Of a DNA stretch of 64,000 nucleotides, positions 29,548 through 39,641 are shown in pieces. The notes beneath the pieces were generated by a model, which saw only the letters and a program-made list of their open reading frames with translations, did not search any database and was not told where the DNA came from. Made by a program: the position numbers and the translations under genes. The stretch's first letter is position 1. Each line of letters starts with the position of its first letter. The DNA is from Acetobacterium sp. (GTDB taxonomy: Bacteria; Bacillota; Clostridia; Eubacteriales; Eubacteriaceae): assembly GCF_039830195.1 (NCBI RefSeq), contig NZ_JBDODG010000007.1, positions 4,638-68,637 on the forward strand. The letters are read 5' to 3'.

Positions 29548-31836
29548 TCAATCCACCCGCACATATAAATGCTCATTTTCGGAATACATAAATTCCTTGC
29601 CCGGAATCCTTTCCCCACTATATGGGCCACTACGGATATAGTCTTTGCCGTCCTCTACATAACCGTAATAGGTAGTTGCGCGTAATGATACGAGGTCGGA
29701 GGCGTATTCCGTCGTAATCGAAGCTGTTTTCGGGTCAAAGGTAATGGCTGTCCGGGTAGTTAAATCCGCTCCGTTGATGAATGCTGTATAATCCAATGTT
29801 TTGTCGTCCGGGATGCCTAAACGAATGATCGTGTCATATTCCACGCTTTTCCAGTTTCCCTCAAACCATTTTGGGGTGATGCCCGTGTCACCCAACAAAA
29901 TCACCGTAACCTTTTCCGTCACCTTGAAGGTTTGTGTCAGTATCGGGTCGTCCTCAAACTCGTCATCGCCCTTGTTCCATAAACGAAGCTGAGTGGGGAT
30001 GCCTGCCTGCATATACCCCAAGATGGTGGCGTCTATGGCTGCACGCCCATCCTTATCCAGAACCGTCGTCCAATTTTCATCGACGAGGGCATCGGGGCGG
30101 CAGATATCAATGGTACAGCCCGCGTATTTGCTCTTTTCACCATCGGGAATTTCCTCAATGATTTCAAACTCCAGCGGTGCGTTGAGCGCTTTCCGCAGCT
30201 CCGTGGCGTTTTCACTGTATGCCTTTCGGTTGTCGTAGCGGATCTTCTTCATAACGTCTTCCAGCACCGGCTGGAGACTTTCACTCAAACGCACCATATA
30301 CTGCTCGATGCAATACTCCCTGGCGGCATCTGTTGCGGGCAGGAGTCCCGTCGTGTAAGTGTGCAGCCCAGCTTCGTTAGTGGCTACAAGCTGTTCCTCC
30401 GGATTGTCGTAGAAGTAGCGGGAGCTGTAATTCTCCATGATACCGCGCAGGGCGGCGTTGAACTTCTCCGGGTCATCGCCACGGGTTTTATACAGACCCA
30501 TAATACGAGCGTACCATTCGGCCTCCGTCCACGGGTGGATTTCCTCGTTGTAGGCGATGACCACCTTAAACAGGGCGTCCTTATAAGTCTGGTCGGCTGC
30601 CACCATGAACTTGTTCAGAGAATAGTCGAGGGCGATGACCCCCAGCATGGAGAGCTGTATCATGCCGGTGCTTATCCTTTTATAGTCCAGCATTGCCACG
30701 CCCACATTGTATGACAGCTTATACGCCTCAGCCGCCACGGTTTCGGCTGACTCGTTGCCTTTATATGCGTCGATCATGGTGTCGCCCAGCGATAATGCAG
30801 AAAGTCCCAACAACATATAACCGCTTTTCTCCCAAACACTTGCCATTTCTTTGTTTCCGACGCCCTGTTCTGCCAGCTCAAACACGTCGGTCAGCCAGCC
30901 CAAGACCTCATGAAGCAGCCCCGCTTCAGCGTCACCAAGATTTGGAATGTATAAGAGCTGTTCATAGAACTCGCTCAAGAGACTGTCGCCTACCTCGCCG
31001 GGCTGCCCGGTCTGTTCATACTCACGCAGGATCGCCATCGCAGTTTCATCGTCTAGCCGCCTGCTGCTGAATTTGGACAGCAGCGCGTAGGGCGAACCGG
31101 CGTCCCGCAAGGTGACGGTGCAGTATTCCGAAAGATGATCGGTGGTGATGGTAAGGGTGTTATCGGCGGTGTTTACGGTATAGTCAACCAGCTCCCATTC
31201 ACCGGTTTCGGGGTTAAAATACTCCGCTAGCACGGAGCCACCCTCGTCAGCAGAATCGGTTTCGCTTTCGTCATAGGGCAGCGTGATCGTCAAAAGGCCG
31301 TCAAATACAGTGCGTTCACTAGCTGAAATGTCATAGGCCGTGCGTATGGCGCCCTCTATGGTGTCACTGTCGGCTGACAGCTCCTTGACCGATACCCTTT
31401 CTCCATCCATCACGTTGTATGGGCCAAAATCCACTGTCACGCCGCTGTCGGTTGAAACTGCGGTCTGCCCCTCCTGCAAGGTAAAGCTATCACTTTTCTG
31501 TACAGATGGGCGCTTAAACCCACCGCCGACCATAAACCCCGGCCAGCCGTAGAGGGCCACTGTTACACTCTGTATGACGAGTAAGGCGGACAGCACAATA
31601 CACAGCGTATTGCGCCCTTTGCTTCTTTTTGGTGCTGTGGCGCTTTTTCTTTTCGACGTCGCAGCAGGCGGAGTCCGTTTTTGTGGCAAGGCCTCGGTGA
31701 TTGGCTGTGGCACAGGTTTTGGCTGTGCTGCAGCCACAGGATTTGCGGCCGCTTCAAGTACCCCCGCGCCGCATTTGGCGCAGAAGTGAGCGCCGCTATA
31801 AAGTTCATTGCCGCAATTCGTACAATATTTCCCCAT
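29548..31836 (-). CDS. Large single-pass protein: N-terminal zinc ribbon, Pro/Lys linker, TM, large acidic extracytoplasmic region
   Basis: YCTNCG...FCAKCG; TM LCIVLSALLVIQSVTVALYG; ZU5-like TITLPYD...YFNPETGEWE...TTDHLSEY. Confidence 0.85.
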   Translation of the reverse strand: MGKYCTNCGNELYSGAHFCAKCGAGVLEAAANPVAAAQPKPVPQPITEALPQKRTPPAATSKRKSATAPKRSKGRNTLCIVLSALLVIQSVTVALYGWPGFMVGGGFKRPSVQKSDSFTLQEGQTAVSTDSGVTVDFGPYNVMDGERVSVKELSADSDTIEGAIRTAYDISASERTVFDGLLTITLPYDESETDSADEGGSVLAEYFNPETGEWELVDYTVNTADNTLTITTDHLSEYCTVTLRDAGSPYALLSKFSSRRLDDETAMAILREYEQTGQPGEVGDSLLSEFYEQLLYIPNLGDAEAGLLHEVLGWLTDVFELAEQGVGNKEMASVWEKSGYMLLGLSALSLGDTMIDAYKGNESAETVAAEAYKLSYNVGVAMLDYKRISTGMIQLSMLGVIALDYSLNKFMVAADQTYKDALFKVVIAYNEEIHPWTEAEWYARIMGLYKTRGDDPEKFNAALRGIMENYSSRYFYDNPEEQLVATNEAGLHTYTTGLLPATDAAREYCIEQYMVRLSESLQPVLEDVMKKIRYDNRKAYSENATELRKALNAPLEFEIIEEIPDGEKSKYAGCTIDICRPDALVDENWTTVLDKDGRAAIDATILGYMQAGIPTQLRLWNKGDDEFEDDPILTQTFKVTEKVTVILLGDTGITPKWFEGNWKSVEYDTIIRLGIPDDKTLDYTAFINGADLTTRTAITFDPKTASITTEYASDLVSLRATTYYGYVEDGKDYIRSGPYSGERIPGKEFMYSENEHLYVRVD

Positions 31837-31848
31837 GTCCGCACCTCC

Positions 31849-32478
31849 TTATGGCCGCACCAGCGCCACAAGCGCCGGTATCCCGCCGGGCGTATCCATC
31901 GTGCCGACGGCGTATTGCTTTCCGTTAAGCTCGTAGAACTGCGTCAGGCGAATTGTTCCCCCGCTGGACGCCCACAAGCCGCCGTTTTCCCACTTACCGC
32001 TGAATCGGCCGTCCTCCATCTCCGTCTCATCAAAGCTCTCTCCCTCATTTGCCCAAAAAATCTGATACCAGTCAAGGGTGAGGTTCAGACTCTCAGCAGT
32101 ACCCGCAAGGGCGATATTGAGAAACTCCATAGCGACCGCATCGTATTCGTTGTTGGGGTCATAGAAAATCAGCGCTTTCCAGCTCCCGGTCAGCGGGCCG
32201 ATCTTATCGATGATACTCGCATCGGCTGGAACGCCGTCGTAAGCCACGCCCTCTGTGTACCAGAGAAAGTCCTCCAAACCGGGCCGTTCCTCCGTGGATA
32301 AGCTCACGCCTGTTTCCTCCGGCGACGGTGTGACGGACTCTGTTTGCTCTGCCCTCGGCACAGACGGTTCCTTTTTTTCTGCTGACTGCAGATTAGGCGG
32401 TATCGTGAGAACGCCTATCACAAGCATCAGCAGGTTGGCCGCGATAAGCACGGCAATCAAACCTTTCTTCAATTTCAT
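31849..32478 (-). CDS. Membrane-anchored acidic hypothetical protein
   Basis: N-terminal TM, Pro/Glu/Thr linker; RBS AAGGAGG. Confidence 0.8.
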   Translation of the reverse strand: MKLKKGLIAVLIAANLLMLVIGVLTIPPNLQSAEKKEPSVPRAEQTESVTPSPEETGVSLSTEERPGLEDFLWYTEGVAYDGVPADASIIDKIGPLTGSWKALIFYDPNNEYDAVAMEFLNIALAGTAESLNLTLDWYQIFWANEGESFDETEMEDGRFSGKWENGGLWASSGGTIRLTQFYELNGKQYAVGTMDTPGGIPALVALVRP

Positions 32479-32622
32479 CAATCCTCCTTGATTTACTTCG
32501 CGCCGAACGGAGTAATCCTTGCTGCACCTTTTTCTCCGATTAAATCAGCAGTTCCAGAAACATAAATTCTCTCATACTCAGAAGTAACAACAAATATAAG
32601 TATCAACGAGCCGACACTTTCG

Positions 32623-33132
32623 TTACCAATCACAGATTTCCGCCTTTATGCCTGTTTCATGCCACAGCTTTTGTGCGGACTCCACAACCGTCTGTTTATG
32701 AAGCATACCGTGTAGCAGCTCTACCCGCATGGACTGATTCTTATCGCCAAAGATCAGATACATTCGTTCCTGATCAATTTGAACGATGCTCAGACGCACA
32801 CCATGTACCCCGTCGAGACCCCATCGGTAGATTGTGCTACCAATTAAGATACCAAAAGTAGATACCACAGTTTCCTCCGTGTCAGCTTGCTTAAGGCTGT
32901 CTTCTGTTGAAATAAGAGCCGATGGCACCGCAAGGATGCGATTATCCCAAATGAGTGTTGCGTCATAGAGCAGACGACTCTGCCTCACCAATAACACGAG
33001 AGAGATAAGGCTGATCACTCCAAGGGTGAAAACCGCTTCTACCATGAATGCCATGCCGAGCCACACCGCCAAACAAATACTAGCTGCGAACAATAAGGCA
33101 TAACCATTGCGACGTTTGCGGATTAATTTCAT
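32623..33132 (-). CDS. 2-TM hypothetical protein
   Basis: Two N-terminal hydrophobic helices; RBS AAAGGAGG before ATG 33132. Confidence 0.75.
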   Translation of the reverse strand: MKLIRKRRNGYALLFAASICLAVWLGMAFMVEAVFTLGVISLISLVLLVRQSRLLYDATLIWDNRILAVPSALISTEDSLKQADTEETVVSTFGILIGSTIYRWGLDGVHGVRLSIVQIDQERMYLIFGDKNQSMRVELLHGMLHKQTVVESAQKLWHETGIKAEICDW

Positions 33133-33185
33133 ATGCACCAACCCTCCTTTTGTATAAATTTTAAGGTAGGATACCTCAAAAAGCA

Positions 33186-33241
33186 TCGTTCGAAAGGATG
33201 ATTCTGCTTAAAAAGCCCCTCATACTTTAGTATGAGAGGCC
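33186..33241. promoter_or_regulatory. Palindromic sites/hairpin between luxR and the zinc-ribbon genes
   Basis: CTCATACT-TT-AGTATGAG (33219-33236) and related TCGTTCGAAAGGATGA (33186-33201). Confidence 0.5.
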
Positions 33242-33273
33242 AGTTAAACCCTTTATTTATGGAGTTTTATGTA

Positions 33274-34686
33274 TCATTCAATCCCATGATTCTTCAGCAG
33301 GGTGCTGATGAGTTCTGCACGACTACCTACATCATATTTTGAAAAAATATTCCTTGCATGTGTTTTTACAGTACTCTCACTGATAAACAAAGCCCCAGCA
33401 ATTTCGCGGTTGGATTTGCCGGAAAGGATAAGCTGCAATACCTCTTGCTCTCGGACGGTTAGCGGACCAAGTGTTTTAATTTGACGAACAATGTCCGTTT
33501 GCTGTGACTGATTCATATTGTCATAAACGGCAAGGTAGGTATGGCTTTTCAGCAGTAAAACAAGCTGGTGGTTCAGTGGCGGCAACATAACCAGTGTAAC
33601 GCAAACCACAGTAAGGGCAATCACAGCAACCTCCGCACTGAGAAGCCCAATGGATGTTACCGCCATTCCTAAGAAGTCTCCGCAAAGGACGCCAAATACA
33701 TTGGCAGAAAGCCCAATGCCAAAGGTTTGTGTGGGGTTGTCGCTATAATCCACCATTTCTCCAAGAATGCTCCACCAAAAGAGATCAAAAATACCGCAAG
33801 CACCGAGCATCAGTGTATCCACAATCAGATAGTCGGAAGTGTTTCGCCCTAATAGCATAAAGCTGATGAATGCTCCTATAAGCATTGCCATCCCGATATA
33901 CAAAATTCTGGAACGCTTTGCTTTCTTGGGTAAATTTCGCATAATAACAAGCGCTACAATATAAGGCACGGCCCAATACCAGCTCGTCAATCCTGTCAGA
34001 TGCTCAAAAGAAGGATTGATGACCTGATACATCAGTCCAGAAATAATTGTAATGATAAAGACAAAAAGGCACAGTAATATTAGCGGGTTTTTAATGCTGC
34101 CGTGTGCCTTATTTTTAAATGTTTTGTTCTGCTCATTCTCCTGCTCCAAGGGCAGCATCCAGATGAAGGCAATACCGATCACAAGGCAAAGCATAGCTAG
34201 ACTTAGCCCGATAAACGGTGAGCGGTTCATGGCAACCACGTTGACTGCAATCATCAGCAGATTGGAATAAATCAGAACATCTGCACAGGATTTAATGCGT
34301 TCGTTCTTGGGCGTAAAGTCCCTGAGAAAAAATCCCCATGCCGCCACCGCGCAGCCGCTAAAGTATCCGCTGATAATCAGTCCGCCCATCCATCGATAGG
34401 AGGGAGCAAAAAAGAAGGGGACAGTAGCAACAATGCATAGGCCCATACCGCCGAGCATTATCCTTTTCGCTGCCGCCCCGGACCTGACCAAGAGACCGCA
34501 GGTGAGAAGCCCCATGAAATGTACAATCATGGCGGCCAATATGTAGGCAGAGGCATTGATCCCACGCATTTCCAGCAGGCTATACAGCACCTGTCCCTCG
34601 AACTGAAACGACAGAATATAGGCAAAGAGAAATGAAAATCCGGCAACAGAAAGCCTGCCGGCATTTATTGGTTTATGGCCGTTCAT
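33274..34686 (-). CDS. MFS-like 12-TM membrane domain fused to a LuxR HTH (one-component membrane sensor)
   Basis: About 12 hydrophobic segments, then LTVREQEVLQLILSGKSNREIAGALFISESTVKTHARNIFSKYDV. Confidence 0.88.
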   Translation of the reverse strand: MNGHKPINAGRLSVAGFSFLFAYILSFQFEGQVLYSLLEMRGINASAYILAAMIVHFMGLLTCGLLVRSGAAAKRIMLGGMGLCIVATVPFFFAPSYRWMGGLIISGYFSGCAVAAWGFFLRDFTPKNERIKSCADVLIYSNLLMIAVNVVAMNRSPFIGLSLAMLCLVIGIAFIWMLPLEQENEQNKTFKNKAHGSIKNPLILLCLFVFIITIISGLMYQVINPSFEHLTGLTSWYWAVPYIVALVIMRNLPKKAKRSRILYIGMAMLIGAFISFMLLGRNTSDYLIVDTLMLGACGIFDLFWWSILGEMVDYSDNPTQTFGIGLSANVFGVLCGDFLGMAVTSIGLLSAEVAVIALTVVCVTLVMLPPLNHQLVLLLKSHTYLAVYDNMNQSQQTDIVRQIKTLGPLTVREQEVLQLILSGKSNREIAGALFISESTVKTHARNIFSKYDVGSRAELISTLLKNHGIE

Positions 34687-35014
34687 GTGATAGCCTCCTC
34701 TCTTTTCTACGCCGCTTTCGTTCGTGACGCATTCTATTTCATTGATTTTAACGTTAAAAATGGGCCTATGTCAAGATTTAGTACAAATTAAAATGAGCAT
34801 TTGATACTCACATCTTTACCTGCTATTCACAAATTTTCGTTTTGTATTTTAGCAAAAAGTTTTTCAAAACTATCCGGCAACATATAATTGCAATGACTGT
34901 GTGTACGGGTTGTATTGTAAAACTTTCCAGATATGCATTGGGGCGTTTAGGATAGTTTTCAGGTAGAGAAAAATACTTTACTATAGTAATTAACAAAGAT
35001 GAAGGATCCACCAG

Positions 35015-35276
35015 ATGACATGACACAGTAAGGAATTCAAAGATAATATTATCAGACAGATGATGCCCCCAACCAATAAATCAGTTAACCAGCTTACCGC
35101 CGAAACCGGTGTTTCAGAACATACCCCCTATACGCATGGAAACGGGCTGCTAAATCAGCTGCTATTGCAGCCCCAGCCGGTGAATCACCATCGGAACGCT
35201 GGTCAAGCGAAGATAAATTTTTAATCGTTCTTGTAACTGTCACAATGAACCAGGCAGAACTGGCGGCTTATTGCCG
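35015..35276 (+). mobile_element. IS3-family transposase OrfA remnant
   Basis: MT*HSKEFKDNIIRQMMPPTNKSVNQLTAETGVSEHT, frameshift, WKRAAKS...ERWSSEDKFLIVL...MNQAELAAYCR; no OrfB. Confidence 0.8.
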
Positions 35277-36184
35277 GGGACTTCTTAAACAGTATTTCGG
35301 TTGTTTTTATTCTTTTGCTCATCCATCAAGGTTTGTGGCAAACCGTTTTTGCCGCTACCCTCGTCTCTTCGATGGTCAGTCAGTTTTCAGCCCCTTCATC
35401 GGTTATCATGTTCAAACGAAATATTGATGAAACACTCATCACCCCGGTGATTTCGCTCTCTCAAGCGCTGCAATCCCTCTATCTTATCATTGGACCGATT
35501 ATTGGTACCGTGCTCTATCAAATCCTCGGCATTACCTTTTCGCTGACAATCATTGCCGTCCTGTTTTTATGCTCAACACTGGTACAATTCTTATTGCCCG
35601 CCAGCTCCAGAAAGGCTGATTATACTAAGCCCAGGCTCTTCTCTCAAATGAAAGAAGGCTTGCTCTATATCAGTTATGATAAGGGGTTGACGGTGCTTTG
35701 TGGATTGCTGAGCTTGTTTGGTTTAGCTCAAGGTCTGATTCAACCGTTAACCATTTTTATCCTGACCGATCGACTATGCATTGAAAGTGAAAGCCTCCAG
35801 TGGTTCTATTCATTATCCGGCGTGGAGCTTCTGATTGGCGCAATTATCGCCATGTCAATCGTCAGTAAATACAAAACCAGAACAATCTTATTCTTTGGGA
35901 TGATTGCTTTTGCCGCCGCCACCATCACTTTTATTCAAGTCGCTATCAGTGTGCCCTTGATTCAAAATGTTCAGGAAGATTATATCGGCAGAATCAACGG
36001 CCTGATCACACCGTTGATGATTGCTGGGATTCTGATCGGCACCGCACTGTCAGGTATCTTAATCGAACAGCTCTCATTGATTCCGGTGTTTATGTTATCC
36101 GCCTTCATTCTGGTCATTTGCGGTATCATCAGCCTGGGATACCAAAGTGCCACAAAACCTGTCGAGCTTGACCGCGTACCGTAG
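35277..36184 (+). pseudogene. 5'-truncated MFS transporter
   Basis: Frame opens at GDFLNSISVVFILL without a start or TM1-2; later YIGRINGL motif; probable further deletion near AATITFIQ. Confidence 0.75.
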
Positions 36185-36213
36185 GTTCTGTCCAACGATG
36201 CGCTCTCCTGACA

Positions 36214-36237
36214 ATGACGCGTAGACGTTGTTGTTTG
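36214..36237. repeat. Degenerate copy of the 27-bp repeat
   Basis: ATGACGCGTAGACGTTGTTGTTTG vs ATGACAAGGCGACGTTTTGTTTG. Confidence 0.45.
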
Positions 36238-36246
36238 GCTCAGTCA

Positions 36247-37023
36247 TCAAATACTTCCGGGAATGCCATATGAACATGGCATTCCACACATACATTTGCC
36301 ACAAGCATCGCCCAAACCAATCGGGTATTCTGGCACGATCTTTTCATAGATTTGTTCATTACAGCTTTGACGGTTGAAAACGACCTGATCATCCTGCCAT
36401 TCAAACGCCTGATTAACGCATTTCTCAATACATTTTTTACATGTTCCATTAACCTTATAAAGACAGTACTCCTCGTTTGTTCTTAACGAAGGCGTTAATT
36501 CCATATCCGTTATCACACTTCCTAATCTGCCGCAACAACCGCTCCTTGTTATGAGCATGTTATGGATACCAAATTTCCCGATCCCAGCTATATAGGCGAC
36601 ACTTCGATGGGACCAGTCACTGATCAGTTTTTCTTCATCATAATTATAGGTCGACGGCAGCAATGAGGCATTAAAACCCATCTCCGTTATCGTTTCATGC
36701 AGATATTTACTTAGATCATTGATCAGATTATTTGTTTCAATACAGGCGTAGTCCCATTCTTTAGAACTTTCTTCCCCGCTGATATTGCTTTTAACAATTT
36801 CTTTGGAAAAAGGCAGAAAAAAAACAATCACTGATTTGGCATGCGGGACAATATCTGTGGGCAGGACATGGTTTGGTCCAATGATTTTTTTTAACTCCGA
36901 AAAAAGAGGATCTTCAGCATCGGCAAATCCAATCACCGGTTCTCGCCAACTCGTTTCGACAGGTTTCAATTTTTTATAGTTTTCAATATATTCACGAATT
37001 AAGCCGATTATCTTTTTGTTCAT
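36247..37023 (-). CDS. QueG-like (epoxyqueuosine reductase superfamily) Fe-S protein
   Basis: WSHRSVAYIAGIGKFG, GCCGRLGSVIT, CKKCIEKC, CGKCMCGMPC. Confidence 0.8.
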   Translation of the reverse strand: MNKKIIGLIREYIENYKKLKPVETSWREPVIGFADAEDPLFSELKKIIGPNHVLPTDIVPHAKSVIVFFLPFSKEIVKSNISGEESSKEWDYACIETNNLINDLSKYLHETITEMGFNASLLPSTYNYDEEKLISDWSHRSVAYIAGIGKFGIHNMLITRSGCCGRLGSVITDMELTPSLRTNEEYCLYKVNGTCKKCIEKCVNQAFEWQDDQVVFNRQSCNEQIYEKIVPEYPIGLGDACGKCMCGMPCSYGIPGSI

Positions 37024-37555
37024 TTTGTTCCCTTTCTGGCATATGTCAACCTTTATAAGGTACATATCCATTCATCGAAATATTGCGCTTCATGGCTCTG
37101 TTTCCGGTTAAACCTGATCGCCAATGTTGGCAATGAAATTATTGGCAGTATACCACATTTTTGATTGCATGACGACTGCTCCGCCCATTTGCTCTGCAAA
37201 GATGTTTGCAGGAGATTTTCTGATTACCTCGACGCACTCTAACATTCTTTGTTTTTTGTTTTATTATTTATCCGCATTTAATTTTTATTGCTTTTTTTTA
37301 TGCGAGATGATTCATCTTGAAGTCTTCTACTAGATCCTAATAAATAGCTTTATAAAAGGATATTTCTCCCGAACGAAAAAACCTTTCTTTGCTTTTTTTC
37401 ATAAAATACTGGATTTTACAAATAATCCATGTTATATTTTAATTGCAAGTAATATTTAATCCCAGTTCCTGATATATTTACAAAAGGATATTGTGGGGTC
37501 ATCGCCTTGCTTGCAATCGCTTACAGTATTCTGATAATGAAAAGGAGATTTTTCA

Positions 37556-38545
37556 ATGAATCTGAGAGAAAATGTTATGGCAGTATATCGCGGCGAACAG
37601 CCAGATTACTATGGAGATTTGATGGCCGCGGTCGAATTTATCCCCGATCCGCTGTTTATTCGAGATGCCCTGCTTCCTCAGGACGGCCAGGAATACAAGG
37701 ATTCCTGGGGAACCGTACGGGTCTTCCTGCCCGGAGCACCCGGCCCCCACCCCCACATTACCCGGGAAAACGTCGTCATCACAGACATTGAAAAATGGCA
37801 AGAGCAGCTGGTCGTTCCTTCCATCGATGATCTGGACTGGACAGTGGCCCGAGAAGTAGCCGCTCAAATTGACCGAAATGAAAAATTGGCCTGCTTCTTT
37901 TATCCCGGCGGCCTTTTTGAACGCAGCCATTTTTTGATGGGTATGGAAGCTGCCTTAATCAATTATTTGGAATATCCCGACGAAATGCAAGCGCTGCTGA
38001 GGGTGATTGCCGATCATAAGATGACTTACATCCGGAAAGTTGCCGAAGAAACCCATCCCGACATCATCTTCTATCATGACGACTGGGGCACCAAACAAAA
38101 CCTGTTTCTGCCTCCGCGAGTCTGGCGAGAAATCATCAAACCACTACAAAAAGAAATCGCTGACACGATCCATGAATGCGGGATGATTTACATGCATCAT
38201 GCCGACTGCATCCTCGAACCCATTGTCACCGATCTGGTGGAGATTGGTATCGATATCTGGCAGGGCGTCATCGCTCAGAATGACATCGTAAAAATCCAGG
38301 CCCTCACCCAAGGCAAACTGGCCATGGTCGGTGGCATTGATGGACCTAAGATCGACGTGGAAAATATTACGGAAGAGAAAATTCGCGAAGAAGTCCGGCG
38401 GGCGGTCGATACCTACTGTCCGGGCGGGCGTTTCTATCCGTCGATCCCCAACGGCGTCTGCTTCCGTGAATGGAACAATAATATCTTTATCGACGAACTG
38501 TTGAAATATGGCCGGGAATATGCCCAACAAAAACCCATCGCATAG
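37556..38545 (+). CDS. UroD-superfamily corrinoid methyltransferase (MtaA/MtbA-like)
   Basis: DSWG, GLFERSHFLMG, YHDDWGT, HHADC, GGIDG; RBS AAAGGAG. Confidence 0.85.
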   Translation: MNLRENVMAVYRGEQPDYYGDLMAAVEFIPDPLFIRDALLPQDGQEYKDSWGTVRVFLPGAPGPHPHITRENVVITDIEKWQEQLVVPSIDDLDWTVAREVAAQIDRNEKLACFFYPGGLFERSHFLMGMEAALINYLEYPDEMQALLRVIADHKMTYIRKVAEETHPDIIFYHDDWGTKQNLFLPPRVWREIIKPLQKEIADTIHECGMIYMHHADCILEPIVTDLVEIGIDIWQGVIAQNDIVKIQALTQGKLAMVGGIDGPKIDVENITEEKIREEVRRAVDTYCPGGRFYPSIPNGVCFREWNNNIFIDELLKYGREYAQQKPIA

Positions 38546-38620
38546 TTTAAGGTCTGACCTATCTTTAATTACGTTGTACTCCTGGTAGTAGGCATATCTT
38601 GTAGTTGACCTAAACAGCTA

Positions 38621-38661
38621 TTTTGGAGGAGCAGGTCGCCCGGATCTGCTCCTCCAAAAAA
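38621..38661. terminator. Bidirectional terminator
   Basis: TTTTGGAGGAGCAG...CTGCTCCTCCAAAA. Confidence 0.85.
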
Positions 38662-38680
38662 GTCTACTGGCCGCCTTCAG

Positions 38681-39529
38681 CTACGCGATTGAAATCTTCC
38701 ACACCGCTCTGCCGGCGATTTCACTGACTTTTACAGTTGGCTGCCAGCCTCTGTCAAGTAGTCCAAGCCAGACATGGCATGCGCATATGCCAATATCAAC
38801 ATTCGGGTGTTCCCATTTAAAGTGCTGATATCCCGGCGGCATTGCAACGGTGATTGTATTGAAGGAATCTTCAAAGCCGAAGCGCCACATTTGGGAATTC
38901 CCAGCTGAAGGCGCTTTTCTGCCTAAGTCAAGCGCATACAATATGTCATCTGACAGATGACATAAATCATCCTGATGCTCAAGCAACTCAATAATTTCTT
39001 TCCGTTTATGACTGATCGTCTTTTCTGTGATCCTGTCCATCAGTCGCAATCCGTTATCCTCATAATAACCAAGTGGCGTGATGCAGATCGCCCGCACCCC
39101 GGTGGTTTCGCCCCTTGAATACCCAAACCCCTTGTTTGCTTCATTTAACTGGTCGGGCGATTGCAAATGGGGCATCAAGCGTTCAAGCTCAGCCAGTTTG
39201 TAGTGCCCATACCAACAAGAGGCAAGTTCTTTGCTCTGGGCGTAAAGAATCAGTAACTCCCCGACGAAACCCGCCTTTGAAATGGAGACTCTATCGGTTT
39301 CTGCCACAAACGCAATGTTATCCGGCGGTGATTTCATAAACGGATAGAGCACTTTTGTCGGATCGGCATGAAAGAATCGGATCTCAGTATGATGATCAAA
39401 CGGAATTGGCATTGCCCTGGCAAAGTTTTTGATCGCGTCCATGACGTCTTGATCAACTGGTTTCATTCGATAACTGCGTGCCGATCGCCTGTCATCGATC
39501 GTACTTTTAATAGAAAACGTAATTGACAT
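38681..39529 (-). CDS. Nitroreductase-family protein
   Basis: DRRSARSY, LASCWYG, APSAGNSQMWR, DIGICACH; ATG 39529 with GGAGG. Confidence 0.85.
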   Translation of the reverse strand: MSITFSIKSTIDDRRSARSYRMKPVDQDVMDAIKNFARAMPIPFDHHTEIRFFHADPTKVLYPFMKSPPDNIAFVAETDRVSISKAGFVGELLILYAQSKELASCWYGHYKLAELERLMPHLQSPDQLNEANKGFGYSRGETTGVRAICITPLGYYEDNGLRLMDRITEKTISHKRKEIIELLEHQDDLCHLSDDILYALDLGRKAPSAGNSQMWRFGFEDSFNTITVAMPPGYQHFKWEHPNVDIGICACHVWLGLLDRGWQPTVKVSEIAGRAVWKISIA

Positions 39530-39540
39530 TTGTAGTACCT

Positions 39541-39617
39541 CCATAATACCGGGCCATTTCGCTCCGGCCCGGCCCTTTAAACTGGGGAAAAACATACCAC
39601 ATCCAATATCTGCGCTT
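39541..39617 (-). pseudogene. Internal DUF1810 fragment
   Basis: 65/77 nt identical, ungapped, to 48621-48697; encodes KRRYWMWYVFPQFKGPGRSEMARYYG. Confidence 0.85.
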
Positions 39618-39641
39618 TTGACAACTTCTTATTTTAGCAGC

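Noticed and set aside
34711-34728. GCCGCTTTCGTTCGTGAC as another repeat copy
   Set aside because: Lacks the TTGTCAT arm; similarity could be chance.
36247-37023. Calling this gene queG
   Set aside because: Shorter than canonical QueG and this subfamily is often of unknown function; left as QueG-like.
37490-37515. Sigma54 promoter upstream of the methyltransferase
   Set aside because: GG-N10-GC spacing is present but the TGGCAC context is poor.
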